Below, in pieces: positions 18,636-28,193 of a DNA stretch of 64,000 nt (the stretch's first letter is position 1; every line of letters begins with the position of its first letter). The DNA is taken from contig CAWJSK010000001.1 of NCBI GenBank assembly GCA_963845535.1, positions 32,001-96,000 of the forward strand, given 5' to 3'. This stretch comes from an uncultured Spirochaetota bacterium (GTDB lineage: Bacteria; Spirochaetota; Spirochaetia; SZUA-6; Fen-1364). A program made the translations under genes and the position numbers. The notes under the pieces are model-generated. The model was given only the letters and a program-made list of their open reading frames with translations, did not search any database and was not told the origin of the DNA.

Positions 18636-20345
18636 CTAATCGGCCAGGGCAGCTTGCGCCCGCAGAAGGTCGTGCAGCGTGACCACGGACGTGATCTCCC
18701 CTGTGGACTCATCCCGCACCAGAACGATCCCTGAGGCGCTTTCCATCAGCCGCGCGCCCACCTCACGGACGCTCAAGGACGGCGGGCATTCCACCGGCGC
18801 CGTGATTCGGGGAGTGGAGTCCGTGGAGATTGCAGCCTTCATGTCCTCACGCATGACAATTCCGCTCACCTTTCCGTCCATGATGACGGGAAAACGGCGG
18901 TAAGGGTAGGACGCCAGGTAGCTTTCCATGGTCTTGCGCTGGAGGTCCGGCAGGATGACGGCGCGCGTACGCGCAATCTCGGACACCGGCAGTTTTTGCC
19001 AGCTCTCCAGGTCCCTTGGCGGCTTGATCCGGATCAGCTCGTGGCCGTCTTGAAGGAGAAGGGCGTCATAGAAATTGTGCTTTCCGCCCAGCCGCGCAAT
19101 GGCCTGGCTCACGATGGAGCAGAACATGAGCGCGGGGACCATCGAGAACTGGTGGGTCATCTCGAAAACTATGAGCAGGGCGGTCAGAGGCGCGCGCACC
19201 ACGGCGTTGAAGCAGGCGCTCATGCCCACGGCCGCCAGGACAATGCGGTCAGCCGCGGTGAGGGGGAGCCAGATGCTTGCGATCCCGGCAAAGAAAAGTC
19301 CCGTCATGCCGCCGAGAAACAGAGTGGGAGAGAAGATGCCGCCGCAGCCGCCCCACCCGTATGAGGCAATGGTGGCCACGAACTTCGCCACCACCAGCAC
19401 GCCCGCAACCTGCCAGACGAGCTTGTCATTCAGTGCGAGGGAGAGGTCATTGTAGCCGAGGCCGAATACCCCGGTGTGGCCGTTGATGAGAAACACCGCG
19501 CAGCCCAGGGCCCACGTCACCAGCGCGCCTGACAAGGGCCGCAGCCAGGCCGGCAGTCGGCTGCGCTCGCGAACGCGGGACCGCAGCGTCAGGGTCAGGG
19601 TCTGAAACCCCACGCCAATAAAGGATGCCACGGCGGCCACGAGAGGCAGGATCAGGTACATGAGCCACGTGATGCCCTCCACCGAGGGAAGCGTGAAAGC
19701 GGGCTGCCTCCCGAGGAACGCCTCCACAATGAGCGCCCCAAGCACCGCGGCAAGGACGACCCCTCCGAGGACCCGGCTTCCGAACTCATTGTTGAGCATC
19801 TCCTCCAGAACGAACGTTATTGCGGCAAGCGGCGTGTTGAAAGCCGCAGCCAAAGAGGCAGCCGCGCCGGTTGCCGACGGCTGACGTCGGCCCGTCCTCG
19901 GGATCCCCAGAGCCGCAGCAAGGTTCGACGCGACTCCTCCTCCAACGTAGACGGACGGTCCTTCGCGTCCGAGACTCGTTCCGCCCCCCAGTGTCAGGAC
20001 CCCGCCGATGAACTTCACGATCACGGACCTCATCTGGACGAGCCCGAGGTCCTTCCAGTAAGCCGCCTTGAGCTCCGGCACGCCGCTTCCCGCGGATTTC
20101 GGGCTGACCTTTTGCATCAGAAGACCAGAAGCCGCTGAGGTGAGGGAGATGACGATCAGGCTCCCGATGACAAAAACCAAGGCGGGTCCCGTTGAAAGCC
20201 TCACGATGGTGACTCGGAAGAGCAAGTTCGTGAGCCACAGGAACGCGACCGCGGCTCCGGCTGCCGCGGCCGCAAAGAGAAGCGTGGAGAGAATGCCGCG
20301 AGTGTTTTCCGGAATGCGGCGAAGCTTTTGCAGGGACAGTACCAT
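18636..20345 (-). CDS. CLC chloride channel/transporter with CBS pair
   Basis: GSGVPE, GREGP, FVLEEM, GGIFSP, FY motifs; C-terminal CBS domains; start put at ATG 20345. Confidence 0.9.
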   Translation of the reverse strand: MVLSLQKLRRIPENTRGILSTLLFAAAAAGAAVAFLWLTNLLFRVTIVRLSTGPALVFVIGSLIVISLTSAASGLLMQKVSPKSAGSGVPELKAAYWKDLGLVQMRSVIVKFIGGVLTLGGGTSLGREGPSVYVGGGVASNLAAALGIPRTGRRQPSATGAAASLAAAFNTPLAAITFVLEEMLNNEFGSRVLGGVVLAAVLGALIVEAFLGRQPAFTLPSVEGITWLMYLILPLVAAVASFIGVGFQTLTLTLRSRVRERSRLPAWLRPLSGALVTWALGCAVFLINGHTGVFGLGYNDLSLALNDKLVWQVAGVLVVAKFVATIASYGWGGCGGIFSPTLFLGGMTGLFFAGIASIWLPLTAADRIVLAAVGMSACFNAVVRAPLTALLIVFEMTHQFSMVPALMFCSIVSQAIARLGGKHNFYDALLLQDGHELIRIKPPRDLESWQKLPVSEIARTRAVILPDLQRKTMESYLASYPYRRFPVIMDGKVSGIVMREDMKAAISTDSTPRITAPVECPPSLSVREVGARLMESASGIVLVRDESTGEITSVVTLHDLLRAQAALAD

Positions 20346-20555
20346 TGTCTCTATTAAAACAGATTCGATTTCATCGTGACAACCCAAAGGACCACTATCC
20401 GCATGTCGAATTCTTTCGACTCGGTTTCATGACATGATTCGAGGGAAAAATCATCTCTCCGATGATACCTGACGGAGATGCCCGCCCTTACCATTGTTCC
20501 GTGAGGCTTGTGAGGCAGGCCCGCCGAAGAACCAGGACAGCGAGGGGATCGGACC

Positions 20556-20801
20556 GTGGAGGAAAAGATCGCTGAGTGCGCCGAGAGGATCTGGACGCTG
20601 CTGGAGCAGGCTCAGGAAGTGAACATCCTTCGGCTGTCGGAGTTGCTGGGGGAGAGGAACGTGGTTGCCTACCAGGCGCTGGGATGGCTGGCACGGGAGA
20701 AGAAAATTCATTACGCGCAAAGAGGGAGCCAGGTTTTCATATCGCGTAAAGAGGAGGCCGATGCGCCTCCTGATCGAAGATCGTCGAGGAGGCGTGCATG
20801 A
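20556..20801 (+). CDS. Small winged-helix protein (DUF2582-like)
   Basis: IAECAERIWTLL...ALGWLAREKKI signature; ATGA overlap with the next gene. Confidence 0.75.
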   Translation: MEEKIAECAERIWTLLEQAQEVNILRLSELLGERNVVAYQALGWLAREKKIHYAQRGSQVFISRKEEADAPPDRRSSRRRA

Positions 20802-22606
20802 AAAAAGGGATTTGGAGAGTCTGGGGTGTCGGGTTGGCGGCGGTTGTGCTGGCGGCGGCGCTGGTGAGCTGCCAGACGGCCAAACCAAACACGGCGGGCA
20901 ACTCCATTCAGACCGAGCAGGCGGGGCTGGCGCCCAACGGGGACAAGGCGCACGCCACCATCGATTTCACGCTGGTGTTCGCCAACACGGCGGCAATCAA
21001 GACGTGGAAGGTGGAGATGGTCAACGGGGGCAACCCGCAGAAGCAGTGGAGCGGGGACGCGAAAAGCCTGCCCTCCACTTTGACGTGGGACGGGAAGAGC
21101 GAAAGCGGGTCAATCGCCCCCGAAGGCAACTACACGGCGAAGCTGACGGTGGACTACGGCAGCGGGACGCCGGCGGCTACAGCGGAGAGCAGCTCTTTCA
21201 TCCTGGATGTCTCCCCGCCGACGGGGAGCGTGAGCTTTGACCCGCAGCAGTTCAGCCCTGACGCGCAGGGCGCGGTGCAGCCGGTGACGGTGAACATCAA
21301 GGGCAGCAGCGCGGCAGCGAAGCTGGACAGTTGGTCGCTGGACATCATGGACCCGAATGGGACGGTGTTCCGCAGCTTTGACGGGAAGTGGCCCAGCGCG
21401 CAGGTCCAGTGGGACGGCAAGTCGGACAGCGGCTCCGTGGTGGCACCTGGAGCGTCCTATACTGCAAACGCCACGCTGAAGGATGAGTTTGGGCTGACGG
21501 GGCAGGCAACCGGAGCCATCGCGGTGAGCGGCTCGTCCCCCATGGCGGTGGGGCAGGCGCCGGGGACCTTTGGCGTCACTCCTCTGACCACGGGATTCTC
21601 ACCCAAAGGGACGGTGAAAGTCGAGAAGCTGTCCGTTGGCTACGGCAAGAGCGACGCAGTGAAGAGCTGGAAGCTGGAGATCCTGGATGGCAGTGGGGCT
21701 GCGGTGAAGACGTTCACCGGGGACGCTTCCAACATGCCCGCCACGACGAGCTGGGACGGGAACAACGACTCAGGGTCGATGTCCCCCGAGGGAGCGTACA
21801 CGGCGCGGCTTTCGGTGGATTACGGCGGCGCCTACGCGGCGGGGACAACCACGAGTGACCGCTTTGTGCTGGACATCACCCCGCCGACGGGGAGCATCAC
21901 GCTGTCCGAGCCGCTTTTCTCCCCGATCGAGGGCTCGCCCACCATCACGCTGACGGTGGACGCCAGCTCGCGCACGGCGAAGATTGCCAGCTGGCGGATG
22001 GCCATCAATGATCCTGAGAACCACCTGTTCAAGGCGTTCGAAGCTACGTGGCCCACCAAGGACGCGGTGTGGAACGGCAAGGGGATCAACGGCGACCTGG
22101 TGCAGTCCGCGGAGGACTACCCGGTGGTGGCGATGGTCAGGGACGAGTACGGCAACGCGGGAGAGCTGAAGTCAACGGTGCCGGTGGACATCCTGGTGGA
22201 GAAGACAGCCACGGGGTTCAGGATTTTGAGCTCGCGCATCTTCTTCAAGGCGTACACCGCGAACTACCAGGACGTCAGGCCTGACCTGGCGGCGCAGAAC
22301 CTGCAGCGGTTGAACGCCCTGGGGGCCAAGCTGAAGAAGTTCCCCAACTACAGGATCAAGCTCGTCGGGCACGCGGTGATGATCCACTGGGACAACAAGG
22401 CGCTGGGGGACATCGAGCAGCGGGACGTGCTGATACCGCTGTCCCAGGCGCGGGCGGAAGCCATCAAGAAGGCGCTTGTTGACAGGGGGCTGAATGATTC
22501 GATGTTCGCCACCCAGGGGGTGGGGGCGTCGGACCAGTTGGTGCCTGACAGCAACCTGGCAGACAGGTGGCAGAACCGCAGGGTGGCCTTCTTCCTGGAG
22601 AAGTAA
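20798..22606 (+). CDS. Lipoprotein with four FlgD-Ig-like (WDG) repeats and C-terminal OmpA-like domain
   Basis: LVSC lipobox; four W.L.I...W(D/N)G....G repeats; LSQARAEAI, G.G and NRRV OmpA motifs. Confidence 0.85.
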   Translation: MKKGIWRVWGVGLAAVVLAAALVSCQTAKPNTAGNSIQTEQAGLAPNGDKAHATIDFTLVFANTAAIKTWKVEMVNGGNPQKQWSGDAKSLPSTLTWDGKSESGSIAPEGNYTAKLTVDYGSGTPAATAESSSFILDVSPPTGSVSFDPQQFSPDAQGAVQPVTVNIKGSSAAAKLDSWSLDIMDPNGTVFRSFDGKWPSAQVQWDGKSDSGSVVAPGASYTANATLKDEFGLTGQATGAIAVSGSSPMAVGQAPGTFGVTPLTTGFSPKGTVKVEKLSVGYGKSDAVKSWKLEILDGSGAAVKTFTGDASNMPATTSWDGNNDSGSMSPEGAYTARLSVDYGGAYAAGTTTSDRFVLDITPPTGSITLSEPLFSPIEGSPTITLTVDASSRTAKIASWRMAINDPENHLFKAFEATWPTKDAVWNGKGINGDLVQSAEDYPVVAMVRDEYGNAGELKSTVPVDILVEKTATGFRILSSRIFFKAYTANYQDVRPDLAAQNLQRLNALGAKLKKFPNYRIKLVGHAVMIHWDNKALGDIEQRDVLIPLSQARAEAIKKALVDRGLNDSMFATQGVGASDQLVPDSNLADRWQNRRVAFFLEK

Positions 22607-22624
22607 GAGGGTCAGTGAAGACAA

Positions 22625-22663
22625 GGGGCCATTCTCCGCAAGGAAGGATGGCCCTCTTTTTTT
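22625..22663 (+). terminator. Intrinsic terminator after the OmpA gene
   Basis: GGGCCATTC...GGATGGCCC stem followed by T7. Confidence 0.8.
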
Positions 22664-22681
22664 CGTAAAGGCACTGTTGAC

Positions 22682-24499
22682 ATGTCGAATCCATCTCTTG
22701 TTTTGCCCGAGGCGGGCATCAGCCCGAGGCCTTTGGGTCGGCCCGTCATGATCGTGCTTTCCATCCTCGCCGGCGTCATCTCCGGTTTCGGCGCGGTCAT
22801 CTTTCGGGACCTCATCAGCTTCGTCCATAACCTTTCTTTCTCCGGTGTGATGTCGTTCACCTACGACTCGAACAGCCACTCCGCGGCCTCGCCGTGGGGG
22901 CTGTTCGTCGCGTTCGTGCCTGTGATTGGAGCGGCGGGGGTCACCTTCCTCGTCACGCGGTTTGCCCCTGAGGCAAAGGGGCATGGAGTCCCGGAAGTCA
23001 TGGACTCCGTTCACCATGGCAGCGGCGTCATCAGGCCAATCGTGGCGCTGGTCAAATCAGTCGCCTCCGCCCTCTGCATCGGGACCGGCGGTTCCGTGGG
23101 GAGGGAGGGGCCCATTGTCCAGATCGGTTCGTCGTTCGGCTCGATGATTGGTCAGCTCCTCCCCATGCCGCCGAAGCAGCGCATCACGCTCCTTGCGGCA
23201 GGTGCCGCGGGAGGGATTGCGGCGACGTTCAACACGCCCATTGGCGGGATTCTTTTCGCTGTCGAGCTCATCCTCAATGAAGTCAGCACGGCCACCCTGG
23301 TGCCGGTGGCAATCTGCACGGTCACGGCCACATATGTCAGCAGGTTCTTCTTCGGCGTCCACCCCTCGTTCGTGATTTCGAGCCTTACGGGCCCGTATTT
23401 GACCCTCGAAAGCCCGGGCGTCCTCATCTCCTACGCCGCGCTCGGGATTCTCATGGGCGCCGCTTCCGCCTTTTTCGTCCGCGTGATCTACCTGGCGGAG
23501 GACCTGTTCACGGAGCACTCCTTCAAGAACCCGTACCTCAGGCACATGAGCGCCATGCTTGTCCTGGGGGTGCTCTTCGCTCTCCTGCTGAAGTTCACGG
23601 GGCACTACTACATCGAAGGCGTGGGCTATTCAACCGTCCAGGACATCCTCACGGGAAGCATGACAAGCCTGCCGCTCCTGCTCTTGCTGTTCACCCTCAA
23701 GGTCATTGCCACCTCTGTTACGCTCGGCTCGGGAGGTTCCGGCGGCGTTTTCTCTCCCTCCCTCTTCCTCGGTGCAACGGCAGGCGGCGCCTATGGTATG
23801 GCCCTTCTCCTTGTGTTTCCTGGCCTCGGCGTAAGGCCGGCGGCATTCGCGGTGGCAGGGATGGCCGGAATAGTCGGGGGGACCACGGGAGCCGCGCTTA
23901 CCGCCATCGTCATGATCTTCGAGATGACCCTCGACTACAGCGCCATCGTCCCCATTGCGATCACGGTGGCTTTCAGCTACGGGATCCGCAAGGCGATCCT
24001 GCGCGAAAGCATTTATACGCTGAAGCTGACGCGCAGAGGACACACCGTGCCGGACGCGTTTCGCGTCAGTTTTCTCTCCCTCAAAACGGTCGGAGAACTG
24101 ATGACGCGAGAGGTGGTTCCCGTCCCGGCCTCCGCCTCACTGGCCAGGCTCCAGCGCGCCCTACGCGACCATCCGGACGTGCCCTGGTTCCTGGTGACCG
24201 AGCGGGGCTTTGCCGTGGGGGTCATCTCACGGAACGACCTCCCCGGGGAGGCCGCGCCGGGGAGGTACAGACGGGGCTTCTCGACGAGGCTGATGAGATC
24301 GTACTCCAAGACGACGCAGAACGAGACGGCTTTCGACGCGGCGGCCCGCATGCGCTCCGAGGGGACCCTCGTTGCGCTGGTCTCCGATTCGCCTCTTGCG
24401 GTGCTCAAGCCGGCAGACGTCGTTGGCGTGCTTGGCAGGGAAGACCTGGGTGGTGTCATCGATGATTACGTGGACTTCTATTCCGACCACCGGGGGTGA
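22682..24499 (+). CDS. Second CLC-family protein with CBS pair
   Basis: GHGVPE, GREGP, FAVELIL, GGVFSP, SIY motifs; CBS tail. Confidence 0.9.
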   Translation: MSNPSLVLPEAGISPRPLGRPVMIVLSILAGVISGFGAVIFRDLISFVHNLSFSGVMSFTYDSNSHSAASPWGLFVAFVPVIGAAGVTFLVTRFAPEAKGHGVPEVMDSVHHGSGVIRPIVALVKSVASALCIGTGGSVGREGPIVQIGSSFGSMIGQLLPMPPKQRITLLAAGAAGGIAATFNTPIGGILFAVELILNEVSTATLVPVAICTVTATYVSRFFFGVHPSFVISSLTGPYLTLESPGVLISYAALGILMGAASAFFVRVIYLAEDLFTEHSFKNPYLRHMSAMLVLGVLFALLLKFTGHYYIEGVGYSTVQDILTGSMTSLPLLLLLFTLKVIATSVTLGSGGSGGVFSPSLFLGATAGGAYGMALLLVFPGLGVRPAAFAVAGMAGIVGGTTGAALTAIVMIFEMTLDYSAIVPIAITVAFSYGIRKAILRESIYTLKLTRRGHTVPDAFRVSFLSLKTVGELMTREVVPVPASASLARLQRALRDHPDVPWFLVTERGFAVGVISRNDLPGEAAPGRYRRGFSTRLMRSYSKTTQNETAFDAAARMRSEGTLVALVSDSPLAVLKPADVVGVLGREDLGGVIDDYVDFYSDHRG

Positions 24500-24505
24500 A
24501 GAGCG

Positions 24506-25897
24506 CTATGCGTGTATCGCCCAGCCCTCCACCGTCCGCATGGCCTCGCAGACGGCTTCCGAAAGCGTGGGGTGGGCGTGGATCATCTCCGCGATATCTT
24601 CCGGCAAGAGCTCCGCGGTACGTCCCAGGAGCATCTCGTGGATCATCTCCGTTGCGTCAGCTCCTACGATGTGCACGCCGAGAATCTCCTTCGTCTTCGG
24701 CTCATAGAGCACCTTGACGAACCCCTCTGACTGCTCAATGGCAACCGATTTGCCGGCGCCTCGGTACGGGAAGCTCGCCTTGGCGAACGAAATCTTCTGC
24801 TCCGTGGCTTTCCACTCGGGAAGCCCGAAGCTCGCCACTTGTGGCTCGCAGTAGGTGGCGCTGGGTATGGAAAGCGGATCCAGGCGCGGGCGCGGTGACT
24901 TTCCCGCCATGTGCTCCGTGGCGATCTCCGCCTCCTTGAAAGCCACGTGCGCAAGGAGCGGCGTGTTGACGACGTCCCCAATGGCGTAGATCCCCGGCAC
25001 CCTGGTCTGGTTGTAATCCTCCACGGGGATGAACCCTTTCTCCGTCGTGATCCCGACTTTCTCCAGCCCAATGCCGTCCGTGTTGGGGGTACGGCCTACC
25101 ACGACCAGGATCTGGTCCGCCTCAACGGTGGTACGCTTTCCCGCCTTGTCCTCCAGGACGACGCTGACGCCCGCTGCGCCTTTCTGCATTGAGACAGCTT
25201 TCGTCCCCGTGTTCATCTGGATGCCGCGCTTTTGGAACGCGCGCGCCAGGACCTGCACCGCCTCCGCATCCTCGATAGGAAGGATGCGGTCCAGCATCTC
25301 CACGAGGTGCACCTCCACGCCGAAAGAGTTGAGGACGTGGCTGAACTCCACACCGATTGCCCCCGCGCCAAGGATGATCGCTTTCTTGGGCAGCTTGGAA
25401 AGCATGATGGCGCCGGTGGAGGAAAGGACCCGCTGCTCGTCGAACTCGAAACCGGGAATAACACGAGGCCGGGACCCCGTGGCAATGACGATGTTCTTTC
25501 CGGTGACCTTCTTCCCGTCCTTCAGGGTCACCTCGTTCTTCCCGGAAATGGCCCCCTCCCCGACAATCGTTTCCACCTTGTTCTTCTTGAGAAGGAACTG
25601 GACGCCCTTGACCAGCGTGTCAGCGGCTTTTCGCGACTTGTCGAAAACGTTCTTGTAGTCGAAGCCCTTGGTGTCCACCGTCAGTCCCATTTCCGTGAGG
25701 CTCGGGATGGAGCGGAAAAGCTCCGCTTGATGGATCAGGGCCTTGGAGGGAATGCAGCCGACGTTGAGGCACACGCCGCCCACTTTGTCGCGCTCGATGA
25801 CCGCGGCTTTCAAGCCGAGCTGCGCCGCGCGGATTCCCGCAACGTAGCCGCCGGGTCCGCCGCCGATCACCACAACATCGTAATCGTAACCAGCCAT
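24506..25897 (-). CDS. lpdA: Dihydrolipoyl dehydrogenase (E3)
   Basis: GGGPGG, GGVCLNVGCIPSK, GAGAIG, HAHPTLSE. Confidence 0.97.
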   Translation of the reverse strand: MAGYDYDVVVIGGGPGGYVAGIRAAQLGLKAAVIERDKVGGVCLNVGCIPSKALIHQAELFRSIPSLTEMGLTVDTKGFDYKNVFDKSRKAADTLVKGVQFLLKKNKVETIVGEGAISGKNEVTLKDGKKVTGKNIVIATGSRPRVIPGFEFDEQRVLSSTGAIMLSKLPKKAIILGAGAIGVEFSHVLNSFGVEVHLVEMLDRILPIEDAEAVQVLARAFQKRGIQMNTGTKAVSMQKGAAGVSVVLEDKAGKRTTVEADQILVVVGRTPNTDGIGLEKVGITTEKGFIPVEDYNQTRVPGIYAIGDVVNTPLLAHVAFKEAEIATEHMAGKSPRPRLDPLSIPSATYCEPQVASFGLPEWKATEQKISFAKASFPYRGAGKSVAIEQSEGFVKVLYEPKTKEILGVHIVGADATEMIHEMLLGRTAELLPEDIAEMIHAHPTLSEAVCEAMRTVEGWAIHA

Positions 25898-25942
25898 GAA
25901 TGCCTCCGTTTCTTTCTCGAACCGATGAACAGGGCGGCCGTG

Positions 25943-27223
25943 CTAGGCCAACGCCAACATGGGATTCTCAAACATGTCCGCCAGCTCTCTGAGGAACGCG
26001 GCGCCCACCGCGCCGTCGATCACGCGGTGGTCGCAGGAAAGCGTGACGCGCATTCTCTGACGGATTTCGATTTTGTCTCCCGCGCCGACCACGGGCTCCT
26101 TGCGGATTGCCCCCACGGCGAGGATGGCCGACCCGGGCGGGTTTATCACCGCGGTGAACTCATCAATGCCGGACGAGCCGAGACTGCTGATGGTGAACGT
26201 GGCCCCTTCATACTCGGACGGCTGAAGCTTGCCCGTGCGCGCGCGTTCCACGAGGTCTGCCAGCTCGGCGTCAATGCCGAGGATCCCTTTCTTCCCGCAG
26301 TCTCGGACCACCGGCGTGATGAGGCCGTCGGGCTGAGCCACGGCCAGGCCGATGTCCGTGGCCGAGTGCCTGATGATGCTGTCCCCGTTCCACGTGGAGT
26401 TGACTTTGGGGTGATGCAGGAGCGCGCGCCCCGCGATTGCCATGAGGAAGGCGTTCATTGACGCTTTCTTTTCGCGCCCTTCGTTCAGCCGTGCGCGCGT
26501 TGCCAGCAGCTCATCCATGCCGATGGCAACGGTGAGGTAGTAGTGCGGGGCGGAGAACATCGACTCCGAAAGACGTCGGGCGATGACCTTGCGCATGTTG
26601 GACAGCGGCACAACCTCGTCACCTGGCCCGGGCTTGTAGGCCGGTCCGCTTGCCACGCCGGCAAGCGCGGCCCCCGTTGCGCGGACGCCTGCGCCCGCCC
26701 CTGTCGGGGCCGCGTCCAGGTCTCGCTTGACGATCCTGCCGTCCGGACCGCTGCCGCGCACGCTCCGCAGGTCGATTCCTCTTTGGGACGCGATCCGCCG
26801 CGCAAGGGGGGAGGATTTGACCCTCCCGGTGGCGGGAGCCGCAGCCGTGGTTGCAGCCGCCGCGCGGGAAGCGACACCGGCGGCCGCGGCGGAGCCGATT
26901 GCGGCGCCGCCGGGAGCCGTCGTGGCGGCGGGCGCCCTGGCGGCAGCGGGCCTTGCGTCCGCCAGCAGGGCGGAAAAATCCTCCCCCGGCTTCCCCATGA
27001 TGGCTATGGTGTCACCGACTTTCGCCTGCCCGCCCGCCTGCAGCATGATCTTGAGGAGCGTCCCTTCCGAGGTGGACTCGTAGTCCATGGTGGCCTTGTC
27101 CGTCTCCACCTCGCACAGCACGTCCCCCGAGGCAACCGTGTCCCCCTCTTTTTTGCGCCAGCGCACCAGCGTTCCCGTGTCCATGGTGGGGGAGAGCGCC
27201 ATCATCAGGATTTTCTCAGGCAT
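25943..27223 (-). CDS. pdhC: Pyruvate dehydrogenase E2, dihydrolipoamide acetyltransferase
   Basis: One lipoyl domain (ETDKA), SPLARR binding domain, Ala-rich linkers, DHRVIDG. Confidence 0.95.
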   Translation of the reverse strand: MPEKILMMALSPTMDTGTLVRWRKKEGDTVASGDVLCEVETDKATMDYESTSEGTLLKIMLQAGGQAKVGDTIAIMGKPGEDFSALLADARPAAARAPAATTAPGGAAIGSAAAAGVASRAAAATTAAAPATGRVKSSPLARRIASQRGIDLRSVRGSGPDGRIVKRDLDAAPTGAGAGVRATGAALAGVASGPAYKPGPGDEVVPLSNMRKVIARRLSESMFSAPHYYLTVAIGMDELLATRARLNEGREKKASMNAFLMAIAGRALLHHPKVNSTWNGDSIIRHSATDIGLAVAQPDGLITPVVRDCGKKGILGIDAELADLVERARTGKLQPSEYEGATFTISSLGSSGIDEFTAVINPPGSAILAVGAIRKEPVVGAGDKIEIRQRMRVTLSCDHRVIDGAVGAAFLRELADMFENPMLALA

Positions 27224-28193
27224 AGAGCACCCTTTTCACTGCATCAACGATCTTGTCCACGGAGGGCTGCGCGGCGAGCTCGAGGCCGTGGTTGTACGGC
27301 ATGGGCACGTCCTCCGCGGATACCAACTCCACCGCCGCATCCAGGTCGTCGAAGCAGTTGCGGGATACGAGCCACGCCACGTGAGAGCCGACGCTCGCAA
27401 AAGGCCAGGCCTCGTCAATCACCACGCAGCGGTTGGTCTTGCGCACGGACTCATAGATGGCCACCTCATCCAGCGGCCTGATGCTGCGCAGGTCCACCAC
27501 TTCCGCGTCGATGCCCTGGGCGGCGAGGGCTTCCGCTGCTTCCAAGACCATCCGAAGCGGCTTGGAGAACCCGATCAAAGTGACGTCTTTGCCCGGACGC
27601 TTGATGTCCGCGGTTCCCAGCGGGACCACGTGCTCCCCGTCGGGGACTTCCCCTTTCCATGAGTACATCAGCTCCGCCTCGAGGAATACCACGGGGTTGT
27701 TGTCACGAATGGATGCCTTGAGCAGGCCTTTGGCGTCAGCGGGGTTGGAAGGGGCAACAACCTTCAGGCCCGGCACGTGCGCGTAGATGGACTGCAGCGC
27801 CTGGGAGTGCTGGGACCCGAGGAATTCGGCCGGTCCGTTGGGGCCCCGAAACACAATGGGCACCGAAAACTGGCCGCCCGACATGTAGCGCATCTTGGAT
27901 GCGTTGCTGAAGATCTGATCCATTGCCTGCAGGGAGAAGTTGAGCGTCATCCATTCCACAATCGGACGAAGCCCTGCCATGGCCGCGCCAATTCCAATGC
28001 CGGTGAACCCCTCTTCCGAGATCGGCGTGTCGATGACGCGCTCAGGCCCGTACTTCTCCAGGAGCCCCTGGCTCACCTTGTACGCGCCATTGTACTGGCC
28101 CACTTCCTCTCCCAGGAGAAGGACGCTGTCGTCACGCGCCATCTCCTCGTCGATGGCCGCGCGCAGCGCCTCCCGAAACGTGATGACGCTCAT
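27216..28193 (-). CDS. pdhB: Pyruvate dehydrogenase E1 beta
   Basis: GEEVG.Y.GAYK, DTPISE, QHSQ, DLRSIRPLD. Confidence 0.95.
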   Translation of the reverse strand: MSVITFREALRAAIDEEMARDDSVLLLGEEVGQYNGAYKVSQGLLEKYGPERVIDTPISEEGFTGIGIGAAMAGLRPIVEWMTLNFSLQAMDQIFSNASKMRYMSGGQFSVPIVFRGPNGPAEFLGSQHSQALQSIYAHVPGLKVVAPSNPADAKGLLKASIRDNNPVVFLEAELMYSWKGEVPDGEHVVPLGTADIKRPGKDVTLIGFSKPLRMVLEAAEALAAQGIDAEVVDLRSIRPLDEVAIYESVRKTNRCVVIDEAWPFASVGSHVAWLVSRNCFDDLDAAVELVSAEDVPMPYNHGLELAAQPSVDKIVDAVKRVLYA

